A stretch of 64,000 nucleotides of DNA from the human T2T-CHM13v2.0 reference genome, Homo sapiens: the NCBI RefSeq assembly GCF_009914755.1, contig NC_060925.1, one strand, 5' to 3'. Below, one piece after another: positions 1 through 12,095 of this stretch. The stretch's first letter is position 1. Each line of letters opens with the position of its first letter. Below the pieces are notes generated by a model. That model ran no database searches. It saw nothing but the letters and a program-made list of their open reading frames with translations, and was not told the origin of the DNA. The translations under genes and the position numbers were made by a program.

Positions 1-214
1 CTGGGAAGCACTGTTAATATTTCAACCTCTGTATATGCCAAATGGAAACAAAGATTATTTGAAAAGGTAAATACCAGGCTTTCATTCTTCCTGGCACAAC
101 ACCGATGCTGCATATTTAACTTGAGTTACTAAGAAAACTGAGGGTCTTTTGCAAGATGTGGCAACATTATGCAAATGACTAATTCCAGTTAAATTCTTTT
201 AAGTGAAATATGTT

Positions 215-620
215 ACTCAGCGGTCTTTTGATTGCAAGTGATAGAAAACTAATCAAATTAACTTAGAGGAAATTTACTCATAGATAATGAAGCATCTCAC
301 ATTATCAAATGAAGGGTTAAATAACCAATTCACTGGAAGGACGAGAATGCTGCTAGCCCTCAAAAATAAATGCAACCAGAGTTTCAAACAGTGAGGATTT
401 TCTGTGTCTCTTATGTTGCTTTTCTCTGTATGTCAACTTCTTTCTTTAAATTTCCTCCACAAGGCAAGAAACATGCCTTCTGGCCAGTCCTAAGCATCAA
501 AGCATCATAGCTAACAGCTTTTAATAACAAAAAAGATTTTACCCTATTCTTTATTCAAATACCCAGGCAAAGGGTTCTGATCGGTTTGGCTATATCGGGT
601 GCTCATCCTGTAAGCCGTAA
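215..620 (-). mobile_element. Ancient MLT1 (K/L-like) ERVL-MaLR LTR remnant
   Basis: 'gattgcaagtgatagaaaactaatcaaattaacttag' and 'gggttctgatcggtttggct' resemble the reverse complement of old MLT1 ends; heavily diverged. Confidence 0.4.
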
Positions 621-727
621 AGTGATCCTTGCATCAGACTATCAGAATATGCTCTTTCCTCGTGTTCCGTATGCCTCCATCATATGATTGTTTGGCAAAG
701 TAAGAGTGAATGCTCTCTTCCTTTCAG

Positions 728-751
728 TTCAGCACCAAGAGCAGCATCATG
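728..751 (+). other. Candidate 24-nt micro-exon
   Basis: Acceptor 'tgctctcttcctttcag|' and consensus donor 'ATG|gtaagt'; no transcript evidence. Confidence 0.3.
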
Positions 752-1009
752 GTAAGTAATTTAGGAAGCATAAAATCAATGTGGAAGTCCTAGTTGGTCT
801 ACTCGTGAGCTGAGACCTTCAGACAAATCGCCCACCTCTTTGAGTTTGAGTTTCGACCTCAATAGAATCAGAGAAAGAAGCCCTTTCTCAAAAGAAGGGC
901 TGACTGATGCAACAGCATGGATGAATCTTTCATTCATTACACTGGATGAAAGAAACTGGGAGCAAAGGAGGACATAGGATATCATTCTGTTATGAAATTC
1001 GAAAATAGA

Positions 1010-1165
1010 GCCAGGCACAGTGGCTCACACTTGTAATCTCAGCACTTTGGGAGACTGGAGCAGGAGGATTGCTTGAGCCCTGGAGTGTGAGACCAGCCTA
1101 GACAACATAGAGAGATCCTGTCTTAAAAAAAAAAGAGAGAGAGAGAGAGAGAAAGAAAGAAAGAG
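1010..1165 (+). mobile_element. Free left Alu monomer (FLAM-like) with A/(GA)n tail
   Basis: gccaggcacagtggctcacacttgtaatctcagcactttgggag...gattgcttgagccc...gatcctgtctt then A/GA tail; no right arm. Confidence 0.85.
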
Positions 1166-1169
1166 AAAA

Positions 1170-1408
1170 TCTAAAAGAGGCGAGACTGTCTTATAGTGAC
1201 AGAAACTCAATCAATGGTTACCTGGGTTGTGTGGTGGAGACTATTGAATGAAGAAGACATGAGGTAACTTTCTGGAAAAATTAAAATGTTCTACATCTCG
1301 ATTCAGGTGGAGTTACGTAAGTGTATATATTTTGTCAAAAGTCTTTAACCCATACACTTAAAGTGTGAGAATTTCATTTTATGTAAATTGCACCTCAATA
1401 AAAGTTGA
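1170..1408 (+). mobile_element. Old L1ME-type 3' end remnant
   Basis: 'aaatgttctacatctcgatt...tacacttaaagtgtgagaatttcattttatgtaaattgcacctcaataaa' typical L1ME 3' terminus. Confidence 0.7.
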
Positions 1409-1478
1409 GTGTCTTTTAAAAGTATATCAGAGGCTTGAGATGAGCATGAAATGACGCAGGGCACATCAAAGCACTTTT

Positions 1479-1773
1479 TTTTTTCTTTTTGAGATGAAGT
1501 TTTGCTCTTGACGCCTAGGCTGGAGTGCAACGGCAGGATCTCGGCTTACTGCAACCTCCGCCTCCTGGGTTCAAGCAATTCTCTTGCCTCAGCCTCCTGA
1601 GTAGCTGGGACTACAGGTGCCTGCCACCACACCTGGCTAATTTTTGTATTTTTACTAGAGACAGGATTTCACCATGTTGGCCAGGCTGGTCTTGAACTCC
1701 TGACCTCAGGCCATCCACCTGCCTTGGCCCCCCAAAGTGCAGCGATTACAGGCGTGAGCCACTGCACCTGGCC
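1479..1773 (-). mobile_element. AluS (Sx/Sz-like), full length
   Basis: Complete reverse-complement Alu dimer; TSD caaagcactttt at 1467-1478 and 1774-1785. Confidence 0.95.
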
Positions 1774-2159
1774 CAAAGCACTTTTAAATCATAAAATAAT
1801 ATGCATATATCCTTGTTTTTTACTCCGTTTAATAGTATCTGCGGATAGTTGTTTAGTTAAGTCAGGACGCTGATACAGCCAACTATTAGTCAGACTCTAC
1901 TGCTATAAATTCCTCCTGCCTCTTTAGGCATATTTTATCTTTGCTCTTCCCATTGCAGGAGTCCACTCAACTAAATCCCAGGTAATAAGGCCTTTACAGT
2001 TATCCCAATCCCTGGTGACACTTGCAACCATTTGATCTGCAAGGAAGACACAAATTGCAACACGGACAAAATATACACAGCACAAGAGGCATCACTAAAG
2101 ACTCTTGCCCCATAGGGAAGTAAGTGCTTCTGAGCTTGGTGAGTCTGGGTTACTATGGG

Positions 2160-2680
2160 TTTCAGTTATTTATCACTGCTTAATAAATTACCTCTAGATG
2201 TAGGGTTTAAGACAGCAATAATTTACTATTTCTCCTGACGCTGTGGGTTGGCTGGACTCAGTTGGGTCCTTTTCCATGAGGTGTCAACTGGGGTCAACCA
2301 TGTGGCTGCATTCAGCTAGGAGCTTAGCTAGGCCTGAAACACCCAGGATAATACACTCACATATTTGGCACCTCGACTGGATTGGCTGGAATGGCTGGGA
2401 GCTGGCTGGGAGCTGGCTGGGCTTCTCTCTTTTTACATGTAGAAGTCTAACCCAAGCTTTTCTCATTGACACCTAGATACCAAAAGGAAGAAAACAAAAG
2501 TTGCAAGTCCTTCCAAGGTCTGAGCTCAGAGGCACCAGAAAATCATTTTCACTGAATTCAGTTGGTCAGCACAAGTCATAAGCCCATCAGACTCTACTGC
2601 TTGACAGGAGCTTTGTCATTCATGCTGGGAGATGGGAAGAATTGTTGGTGGACATCTTTACCAACAATATACAGCACTCT
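2160..2680 (-). mobile_element. MLT1 (H-like) ERVL-MaLR LTR
   Basis: 'ctgtgggttggctggactcagttggg', 'ggctgcattcagctaggag', 'ttggtcagcacaagtcataag', 'attgttggtggacatcttt' follow antisense MLT1 order. Confidence 0.65.
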
Positions 2681-3619
2681 GCCATTCATTTCTTCCACCT
2701 GTTATAAACAATTAAGTTCAAGGTCAGTCAGCCCCACAGATGTAGGCCCCAAAATAAGGGACTTATTTGCCCATGAATGGATTCATTCAAATCACAAGTA
2801 TTAAAAATTCACTATGGGCCAGGTATGTTGTATGCTAGACATATCAAACAAAAACTCTTCTATCACAATTAGTCAGGAAACCACCTGGTGTGTGGAACTG
2901 TGGGTTTGGTAAGGTCGGCCATGCCATTACCAAATCACATGAAAAAGAGTTCCCATTTGTCCAGATTTTGTAAATAGCAGAATACTTTGGAGATCAATGG
3001 GCCTTTCTTCTGGCTCTAAGAGGTACTTCCTTCTATTCCCTTAGCTGGATGATAATCTTTTCTCTTTTCAAGGAATACTAAAACACACAGTAAATAAATA
3101 TAGACAAATAGATGTTCATGTAAATTAAGAGAGGGTCTTTTGAAGATGAATCGAGTTCATTTTTATTCCATTAATCATTCCATGATGGTCATCTACCCAT
3201 TCCATAACAATAAGTGCTTGCTATCTGCTACATTATAAGCACTTATCTTTCCTAGCATAAGGGAACACCCCCTTTACCTATCTTTTCCTTAAATTAACAA
3301 AGTTTCACTGCCACCTTTCCATTTTCATACGCTCGAGGTCATAACTCAAAAAGACTTAGCCCTGAGGGTGGTGGGGACTGAGACTGGGAAGAAAGCCTAC
3401 CAGGAGAGGTCTAAAGCCAGGGTATTAAGATTCCGTTCCTTCAGGTGTAAAGTGTCCTCCTCGGGAGTGCTGACTGTCCCAAGTCTCCACTTGCCAACTT
3501 CTCCTAGGTCTCATCCACCAGTCTGGTTCCTTTGAGCCAAATGTGCCTTTTCCTTCTCTTCTTCTCTCTCCAGACCAAACTTTACCAATTCTTATGACTT
3601 GTGCTGACCAACTGAATTC
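2554..3619. repeat. Perfect 29-bp inverted repeat (arms 2554-2582 and 3591-3619)
   Basis: gaattcagttggtcagcacaagtcataag is the exact reverse complement of cttatgacttgtgctgaccaactgaattc; the match ends sharply at both sides. Confidence 0.97.
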
Positions 3620-4389
3620 CTTGAAGGATTAACTGAATCACAGAAGGATGTTAGAGATTGACAGAAGCCCCCTTTGTTTGCATTTTGATTTTCAGGGCAG
3701 ACGCAAATGATCTCTAAGGCATGAAACTCTAATGGCAGCAGGCAGAGGCATGAGGGAGAGGCACTGGGGCCAAGGTCTCACCTCAACATTCCTCAAGTCA
3801 TAGGACGTATGCCACTTTTATCTGCACATCAAATAAATCGGCAACTCAAAAAAACTCCACTCATTTTCTCCTGGAAACTTTTATTTTTAATGTTTGGTAA
3901 ATGAATGTCAAGAGACATTTCAGAAGAGAGCAGTTGATTCCTTGCAAAAGCAGGCTGCTGAAACACCCTCATTTGTTTTAGTCAGAAGCCTCTATGACAG
4001 AACTTTGGTTTCTGTGAATTGATCAAGTCCAAGAGCTCAAGGGGGCGATGAGGTCAAGGTCACTGCAACACTGCCTGGCTGGGGTTCAGCTAACTGTTGA
4101 TGTGTGGGTTTCCTTTAACGATGAGGAGCAGACTAATAAACAGAACATGCTATATTTTGGAAAATGAATGAAGCCCAGTACTGGGAGACTCTTGGGTGGA
4201 GTGTGTATTAACCCTCTTCTGAGCCAGAAATGGGACCTCTGAGGTTTCTCGTGGAAAATATAATATTTGTGGATTTGAAAATAGAGAAGCGGCCAAATTT
4301 TAGAAGCTGAATGAAAATGAGTCATTTTGGTAAGGTATTTCACAGGCCATATAAACAACTTCTCAGTCATTGTCAGGACTGGAAATGTC

Positions 4390-4610
4390 CTTAGGTGGGT
4401 TCTGAAGAAAGCTCTTTGGTTTCAAATCTTGGTGATGGCGGCAAAATTAACTTATTTGAATCTTCGTTTCCAGTGTTATAAATGGGAATGATAATAAGAG
4501 CATCTACCTTAGATATTATGGCAAGAAGTCAGAGAAGGCTTTGGAACACTTTGAACAGCATATGTCATATCCTAAATGCCCCATAAATGTTCCTCATTAC
4601 TATTTAAGTA
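4390..4610 (+). mobile_element. MIR
   Basis: 'tttcaaatcttgg...ataaatgggaatgataataagagcatctaccttag...cccataaatgtt...cattactatt' MIR core and tail. Confidence 0.6.
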
Positions 4611-5569
4611 TTGTCAACTCCTTATCATGTCTACTATGCGTAAGAGTAGTTGGACAGATATCCTTAACAATGATGATGGCACAGACATCTACCTATCTTT
4701 GGAATGAGTTTATAAGCTTGCATTAAATTCTCGCAGCAGTAGATTTACTTTCCTAATTATGTTGCCTGAGCTTGGCACTCTCCAAGCGTAACCAACTATC
4801 AGTGAGAGGAGAAAGCCAAAACTTTGCTGAATGTTAGGAAGAAGGTGGTCTGGCCTCTCAGGCCTCTTCCAAACATAAGATTCTGTTACCTAGAAAACAA
4901 GTTTTAGGTGAGTAATCTGCCATGTGCCTAAATCCCTAATAGCTAATGAGGCATTGGCTCATTTTGCACAAGTTTATCTTCAGGGTTTCCAAAGCTAAGT
5001 GGCAACACTTTTCCTCCCAATCCAACTAGACATCTTTCTCTCTTGAGTATCAGTTATCCATTCCAGGAGGAGGCAACTGTGTGTGTCATTGCCAGGTGAC
5101 CAAATGTTATTTTATCTTAGTCAAAGCACACTGTGTGTTCTGAATGGCTGTTTAGCCAGAAGTGTATGTATTTTTATGGCAGGATATAAAGTAGGCAATG
5201 TTATATAAAATACAAACTGGCAGGTCAAAGCAGCAAGAGCACTTTAGGGGACCCCAGGCAGAAGTGGTAAAAATAGTACCTAACACTTGAGAGGACTCAG
5301 CAGAAGCTGACAGTGTAGGCATGATTCATTCATTCGCTTTGAAAATTATGTAGGTTTATTCAGGAGGAACTCGAAGGCAAGACTCAGTCTCATTGATTGT
5401 TTCTGTGAGCAATTTTCTCAAATTGTGGCAAGTCCTATCCGACATTCTGCATTCAGGGAAAAAAGGGAAGTCTTTATAGATGAGAAATTCAAAAGAAATG
5501 AGCATTGGATGTTGTAAATGAATAACTAGATCAAATTTTAAAATGTCAGTCAACTGACAAAACTTTGAC

Positions 5570-5760
5570 GTATTCATTCAACAATAAAAGCATTTTAAAG
5601 CACCTCTTCTGTGCTCAACCCTTTTCTACAAGACAGGGATATAGAGAGAAGCCCCCTGGTTCCTGTAGTTTATAATCTGGTGAAAATGACAACTAACAAA
5701 TAATCAAATAAATATATAGTCTAATTCCATGTAGGGGTACAGTTGATGGAGTGGAGATGT
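5570..5760 (-). mobile_element. L2 3' end remnant
   Basis: 'attcattcaacaata...ttttaaagcacctcttctgtgc' antisense L2 tail. Confidence 0.5.
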
Positions 5761-5868
5761 AAGGGAAGACCAAATGGTGCGAATCTCTTGTTTCTGGAAT
5801 AGCATAATGAAGTCAAATGAGGTCGCTCTGTATGATGTTGATAGTCAAACTCAACTTCTCTCTTTCAG

Positions 5869-6135
5869 ATTCGTAACTATTTCCGATCATTGGTCAAAGA
5901 TAAGGAACTAAGGAATGGTTAATATGGTGACTTTCCTGAAAACCAGCACTAAAGAACTTTTTGAAGTTTCTTTCAGCTGTGTAACAAATTTTCCTTTTCC
6001 CGTTTACCTCCAGAAGCTGAGATTCACTTGTCCCCAAGTAGCTTGAAAACTGGTCAGAAGAAAACAGTGACAACACTCTGAAGAGTTTGCTATTCCTCGA
6101 TTTGCAGTCAGTATAAATACACCATTTTTTAAAAG
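5869..6135 (+). other. Candidate non-coding exon
   Basis: 'ctcaacttctctctttcag|' acceptor and 'AAG|gtgagc' donor; no recognisable protein in any frame. Confidence 0.35.
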
Positions 6136-9100
6136 GTGAGCCCAAAAAACCCAAAAAGGTGGAAAAATAGAGAAGCTAAAAATAAATGACTAAAAGAGAA
6201 AAGTTCCTGTAATTTTAGGTTTAAAATACAAGGCTGAGTAATCAAGGAAAGTATTTTTACTGCCTTGTCAATATTTTTCCTGGAAGCTCGGGTAAATAGC
6301 CCTTCTTCAGATCTGTAGTGTGCGTGTCTAATGGTCTTAGGTGTCTCTGACCACAGAATAACTTTATGCCTAAGAAATAGAGCAAACAGGAACTTTGTGG
6401 TTTCAGCATTTCCCACAAATAAGTAAATATATGGATGTACATTTAAAAAAGGTTCAGGGCCATAGGACAGACGATTTGGGTCTAGTTGAGAAGTGTTCCC
6501 CTCCTAGTGAAATCTTCCATACAAGACTATCCATGCCTTTAAAGGAATCCCTGCTTGCCTATGGTGATCTTGATCATATTTTCTGCGTCGCTTATACTCT
6601 CTTTCAATTTAATGCCGAATGCTCAGCAGCTGTGCCAGAAAACCTAAGAAAGACTGTCCTTTTTCTAAGTTGAGTCCTCATTTATTTACCCTGCTGGTGA
6701 AAAACCCACTGGCTTTCATCTCTTCTGAATCCATGGCAAGGAAAAGCAGGGGGTCAACATGCTGAACAGAGTTTAAAAGGGGGAAAAATGATCATGAGGG
6801 CCTTCAAGCACACATACCTCCCCAGGTCTAGCTGTCCCTGGGTTTTATGAGGCGTTTGCTCAAAGCCCTGCTGTTCAGGCAAGGGGAACAGCACGTGGTT
6901 TTCTTGGTAGCCAGCAGTTCTGCCTCTCACTGGGGCATGCCTCCAATGGCAGATTCATTAGGCCCCACTGATCCTAGGTTTAACACAAATCCAGCACTTG
7001 AATAACAGCCCCTCCTCCTGCACCCACAGATCCTTGGTTATTCAATCCTGGCTGGAAAGCAGGTGCTGAGATTTGTCAGGGAAAGCAAATACCCTATCAG
7101 ATGCCCATACATCACCCTGAACACCGAGGATACACTGTGTTCTTTCCTGTCAGACTTGACTAATAGATCCTCAATCTGGACTTGGCCAATGTGAAGCCAA
7201 CAGAGGTAACTATGAGGAAGGTTCATTCTCTCTTCCAAAAAGGTCCAGTGTGAACCAGTATCTCCATTTATCTGATGGCTTCTGGCTAAAAATATTTGAA
7301 AGATCACTTGGAGACAAGCGGCTCATAATTTGACCCCATAAGAAAAAAAATGATGTTGTTCTTCTAGATCATTTGGCCACTTCTGACTTCTCCAGCATGC
7401 CAAAACTTTCACTTAATTCACTCAAAAAAACAGTCAGATCAGTCATTTTTAGGCAAATAAAAGTAAATACCTCTTCAATTAGCAAGTAGCAAATTACTTC
7501 CAAGATATTGTGTGGGTTAAAAATATCAAATGCTGTAAGAAAGCATTAGATAAATCTATTGTTAATCAACCTCATATAGTTCATCATGAGAAAGCTAGAA
7601 AATCATAAATATATCTGTAACCAGACTAACATTAAAAAGGATAATTAACCCATTTTTAAACAAAATGGCTCAAAGAGCCTGAATACAAAGCTAAATATGA
7701 CTTTCTTGATGTTTTTGAATTTGATATAATGTAGGCAAATATAAATAAACAAAAAATCAGCTGAGTGTTTTTTCTGTCATGTTGATGCAGTCTTGTTTTT
7801 ATTCTTCACAGGAAACATTTGAGATGACTGCACTGTATACCAGTTTGTGCTCACCATTTGACACATCTGTGACATTTTTGCTTCCAGAAAGGCAGTAAAC
7901 AGTAAGCAGACTAAGGCAAGAACTTTTTTCCCACAGTGTCTTGAATCTGGTCCTGTTTATCTTTCTATAACAACGGAAACAGATGTATTTTTGTGCTTGC
8001 AACTTTCCAGATGTATCACTCTAAAATGCCGTCTGCTGTTCAGAGATGTTGCTAGTATTTAGAGCAGAGAAGCCTTTGCCAAGTTAATTATTTGACTCAA
8101 GACATTGCAGTTTCTGCAGAGTCTACTTTCTGTGGTAGACATCTCATTAGGATTTATCTGGGGTTCTGTTGAAGTATGTTGTGATCACAGACTCTCAGCA
8201 AAGTGGACCTTTACCAGAATTTAGGGCTCCTGGAAGCAATAACTGACAGCAGTGAAGAAGACCTGAAGCTCAGAATCATTGATGGATAAAATTGCTTAAA
8301 TCCCGCTGTCACCTTAGGTCGGAATTGATCCAAGGCCATGTACAAGCCTCAGTGTCAGGTTAAGGTTATGTATCCCTAGTTATGGAAAAACCAGAGCCAG
8401 AATAGCAGGCAAAACCTGATAGAGTCACACTGAGTCAGAGAACCTGTTTTGAGAAGAGCATCTTTCCTTTTCCCTATATTATAGTATTCCTTCACTAACT
8501 GTGCTTGCTCCTTCCACAAACTGTAAACTTAGCCAAAAGATATACATTTTTATCTTTATAGCTCACAGTACCAAAATGCTGAGCAGCATAAACACTAAAC
8601 AGACTTTCAATTTGAAGCTATGTAAAACGTGACACTTACAACAACAGTAAAAGATACATTTTTTTTCCAATTGAACACAAAACATTCAGCAAGATAGACT
8701 ATATTTTGGGCCATAAAACAAACTTTAGCAAATTCAAAAGAATAGAATTTATACAAAGCATGTTTTTGAATCATAAAGAAATTAAAATATGCATCAATAA
8801 CAAAGATATTTGAAAAAAAATCTCTGAAATTTTGGAAATTAAAGAACACACTTCCAAACAACCTATGATTCAAAGAGGAAGTCTTGAGAAAATTTTAAGA
8901 TACTTTAAACTGAAAGGTAATTAAAATACTATGCAATAAAATTTAGAAATTTGTTGGGTATGGCTAACACAATGATTACAACTTACCAACAGGGATGAAA
9001 AAACAGATATAACCCTGACCTATCAGAAATTAAGAGAATAGTAAGTGAATACTACAAATAATTCCATGCCTATAAATTCAACAATTTAGAAGAGATGAAC

Positions 9101-9594
9101 TGATTCCTTGACAAACTACCAAAATTCATTCAAGAAAAAAAAAACCTGAATAATCCTACTTCTATTATAGAAATTAAATTTGTAGTTAAAAACCTTTACA
9201 CAAAGAAAATTCCAAGCTTGGGTGATTTCACCAGTTAATTCATCAAACATTTAAGGAAGATATAATACCAATTATAAACAATCTCTTCTGAAAAATAAGG
9301 AAAAAACACTCCTCAACACATTTTATGAGGCCGTCATTACCCTAACATCAAAGCCAAAAACATAACACACAAAAAAGAAATGTACAGGCCAATATCCCTC
9401 ACTCTCATGAACATAGACACAAAAATCTTCAGTAAAACTTTAGCAAAACAAAGTCCATCAATATATAAAACAGTTACTATGTCATGACCAAATAGTCTTT
9501 ATTGCAAAAATACAAGACTGGTTCAACTTTTAAAAATCAATCAGTGTAACTTACTATATTAACAGACTAAATAAAAAAATCATATAATCATGTC

Positions 9595-9628
<34 letters not shown>
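9595..9628. repeat. Compound microsatellite (TA)8(GA)9
   Basis: Read directly. Confidence 0.95.
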
Positions 9629-10452
9629 AAAGGTATTTGGGAAAAAATCAACACATTAATGATTTTTAAAGATCAGCAAACTAGGAAAAAAAGAATGTCT
9701 TTAACCTGATAAAAGGCACACACACACAAACCTTGCAGCTAACATCAAACTTTCTGGTGAGAGTCTGGATGTCCTCTTTCACTGAAACTATTTAGCGTCA
9801 TACAGTATGTCCTAATCAGTGTAATAATGCAATAAAAAATACAGTGTACACATATTTGAAAAATCTCTCTCTATTCACAGACAACATAATTGTGGACATA
9901 GAGAATTTCAAGAATCCACAAAAAAGGTAATGAAGTAACAAGGGAGTTTATAAAAGTTGCAGAAAACAAGGTCAATACACAAAAATCAGCTGTATTTCTA
10001 GATACTAACAACAAACAGTGGGAATTTGAAAAAAAAAGATAAAAGTATTATTTACAACAGCACCCAAAAAATTAAATCCTTAGGCATTAATTTATTAAAA
10101 ATGTACAAGATCTAAATGCTAAAAAGTACAAAGCACTGATCAAAAAAGCAAATTATATCTAAATAAATGGAGAGATATAACTTGTTCATAAATTGGAAGA
10201 CTCAATATTAGTACGCTTTCACTTCTCTCCCAATTAAATCTACACATTCAATGCAATCTCAGCAGGCCTTTTTGTAAATATTGTCAAGCTGGCTCTAAAA
10301 GGTATATAGAAAGGCAAAGAAACTAGAATAGCAAAAGCACGTTTGAAAAAGAACAACATTAAAGGAATCTATTCCATTTCAAGACTTGCTGTAAGACTTA
10401 CTACAGGCCAATATCCCTCATGCACATAGACACAACATTTTCAACCAAATAA

Positions 10453-10765
<313 letters not shown>

Positions 10766-10849
10766 TAACCAAGCAGTGTTTATCCCAGAAATGCAAGATG
10801 AATATCCAATAATTAAAATAGTATGGTATTAGTGAAACGATACACGTAT

Positions 10850-11167
10850 TCACAGGAACTTATCAGGTTGAAATACAGCTGTCAGCTTGGCTGGACTCCT
10901 ATTTGAAGACTCTGGGAAAAAATCTGCTTCCAAGTTCACATGGTTGTTTGTATAATATAGATCCTGACTATTAGATTGGTCCCACACAGATAACCTCCCT
11001 GTTGAGAAACCTGAAAATCAACACATTAGTAACCTTGATGACATCCACATAATCCTTTATACCTTGTAAAGTAGCATAATCAGGGTGTATTATTTCATCG
11101 TATTCACAGTCCCAGGAATTAGGGTGGAAAATCTTGAGGGGACTGTGTTAGAATTCTGCTTACCATA
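10850..11167 (-). mobile_element. MLT1 (E/F-like) LTR nested in the L1M
   Basis: 'aatctgcttccaagttcac', 'cccacacagataacctccct', ends 'ttagaattctgcttaccata'. Confidence 0.65.
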
Positions 11168-11780
11168 TCATCTATATGTGAAAGAAAGAACCTTATGAGT
11201 ACTTTAAATCTTATATAAAAATTAACTCAAAAGGGATCATAGACCTAAATATAAAACATAAAATTATAAAATTTCTAGAAGCAAATATAAGAGAACAACT
11301 TTTTGACTTTGGGTTAGGCAATGCATTTTCATATATGACACAAAGGTATAATTCATTTAAAAAAACAAGAACAATAATTTGGGCTTTTTCAAAGTTGAAA
11401 AGTTTTATGCTGTGAAGACACAGTCAAGAGAATAAAAAGACAAGACACAGAATGAGAGAAATATATTTTCAAGTCATCTATCTGACAAAGAGTTTGTTTC
11501 CAGAATGCAAAAAGAACTCTCGAAACCTAACCAGAAAACAACCCAATTAATAATGAACAAAATATATAAACAGACACTTCACCAAAGAAGATATATGGAT
11601 GAAAAATAAGCATCATTAATCATTAGAGAAATGCAAATAAAAACCACAATTAGATATGACTACACGTCTATTTGAATGGCTAATATAAAATAATTCCATA
11701 CCATGGAATACTACTCACCAATAAAGGGAACGAACTATTTATGCCCACAACCACATAAATGAATCTTAAAATGCATTCTG

Positions 11781-12095
11781 GGCTAGGCGCAGTGGCTCAC
11801 GCCTATAATCCCAGCACTTTGGGAGACCGAGGCAGGTGGATCACGAGGTCAAGCGTTGGAGATCAGCCTCGCCAACATAGTGAAATCCAATCTCTACTAA
11901 AAATTTTTTAAAAAATTAGCCGGGCGTGTTGGTGGGTGCCTGTAATCCCAGCTACTCGGGAGGCTGAGGCAGAAGAATTGCTTGAACCTGGGAGGCAGAG
12001 GTTGCAGTTAGCCTAGATCATGCCACTGCACTCCAGCCCAGCGATAGTGCAAGCCTCCGTGTCAAAAAAAAAAAAAAAAGAAAAAGAAAAAAAAA
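11781..12095 (+). mobile_element. AluS (Sg/Sc-like), full length
   Basis: Dimer with 'gatcacgaggtc'; degenerate TSD gcattctg/gcgttctg; interrupts L1 'attctg|ctaagtgaaagaagccagac'. Confidence 0.93.
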
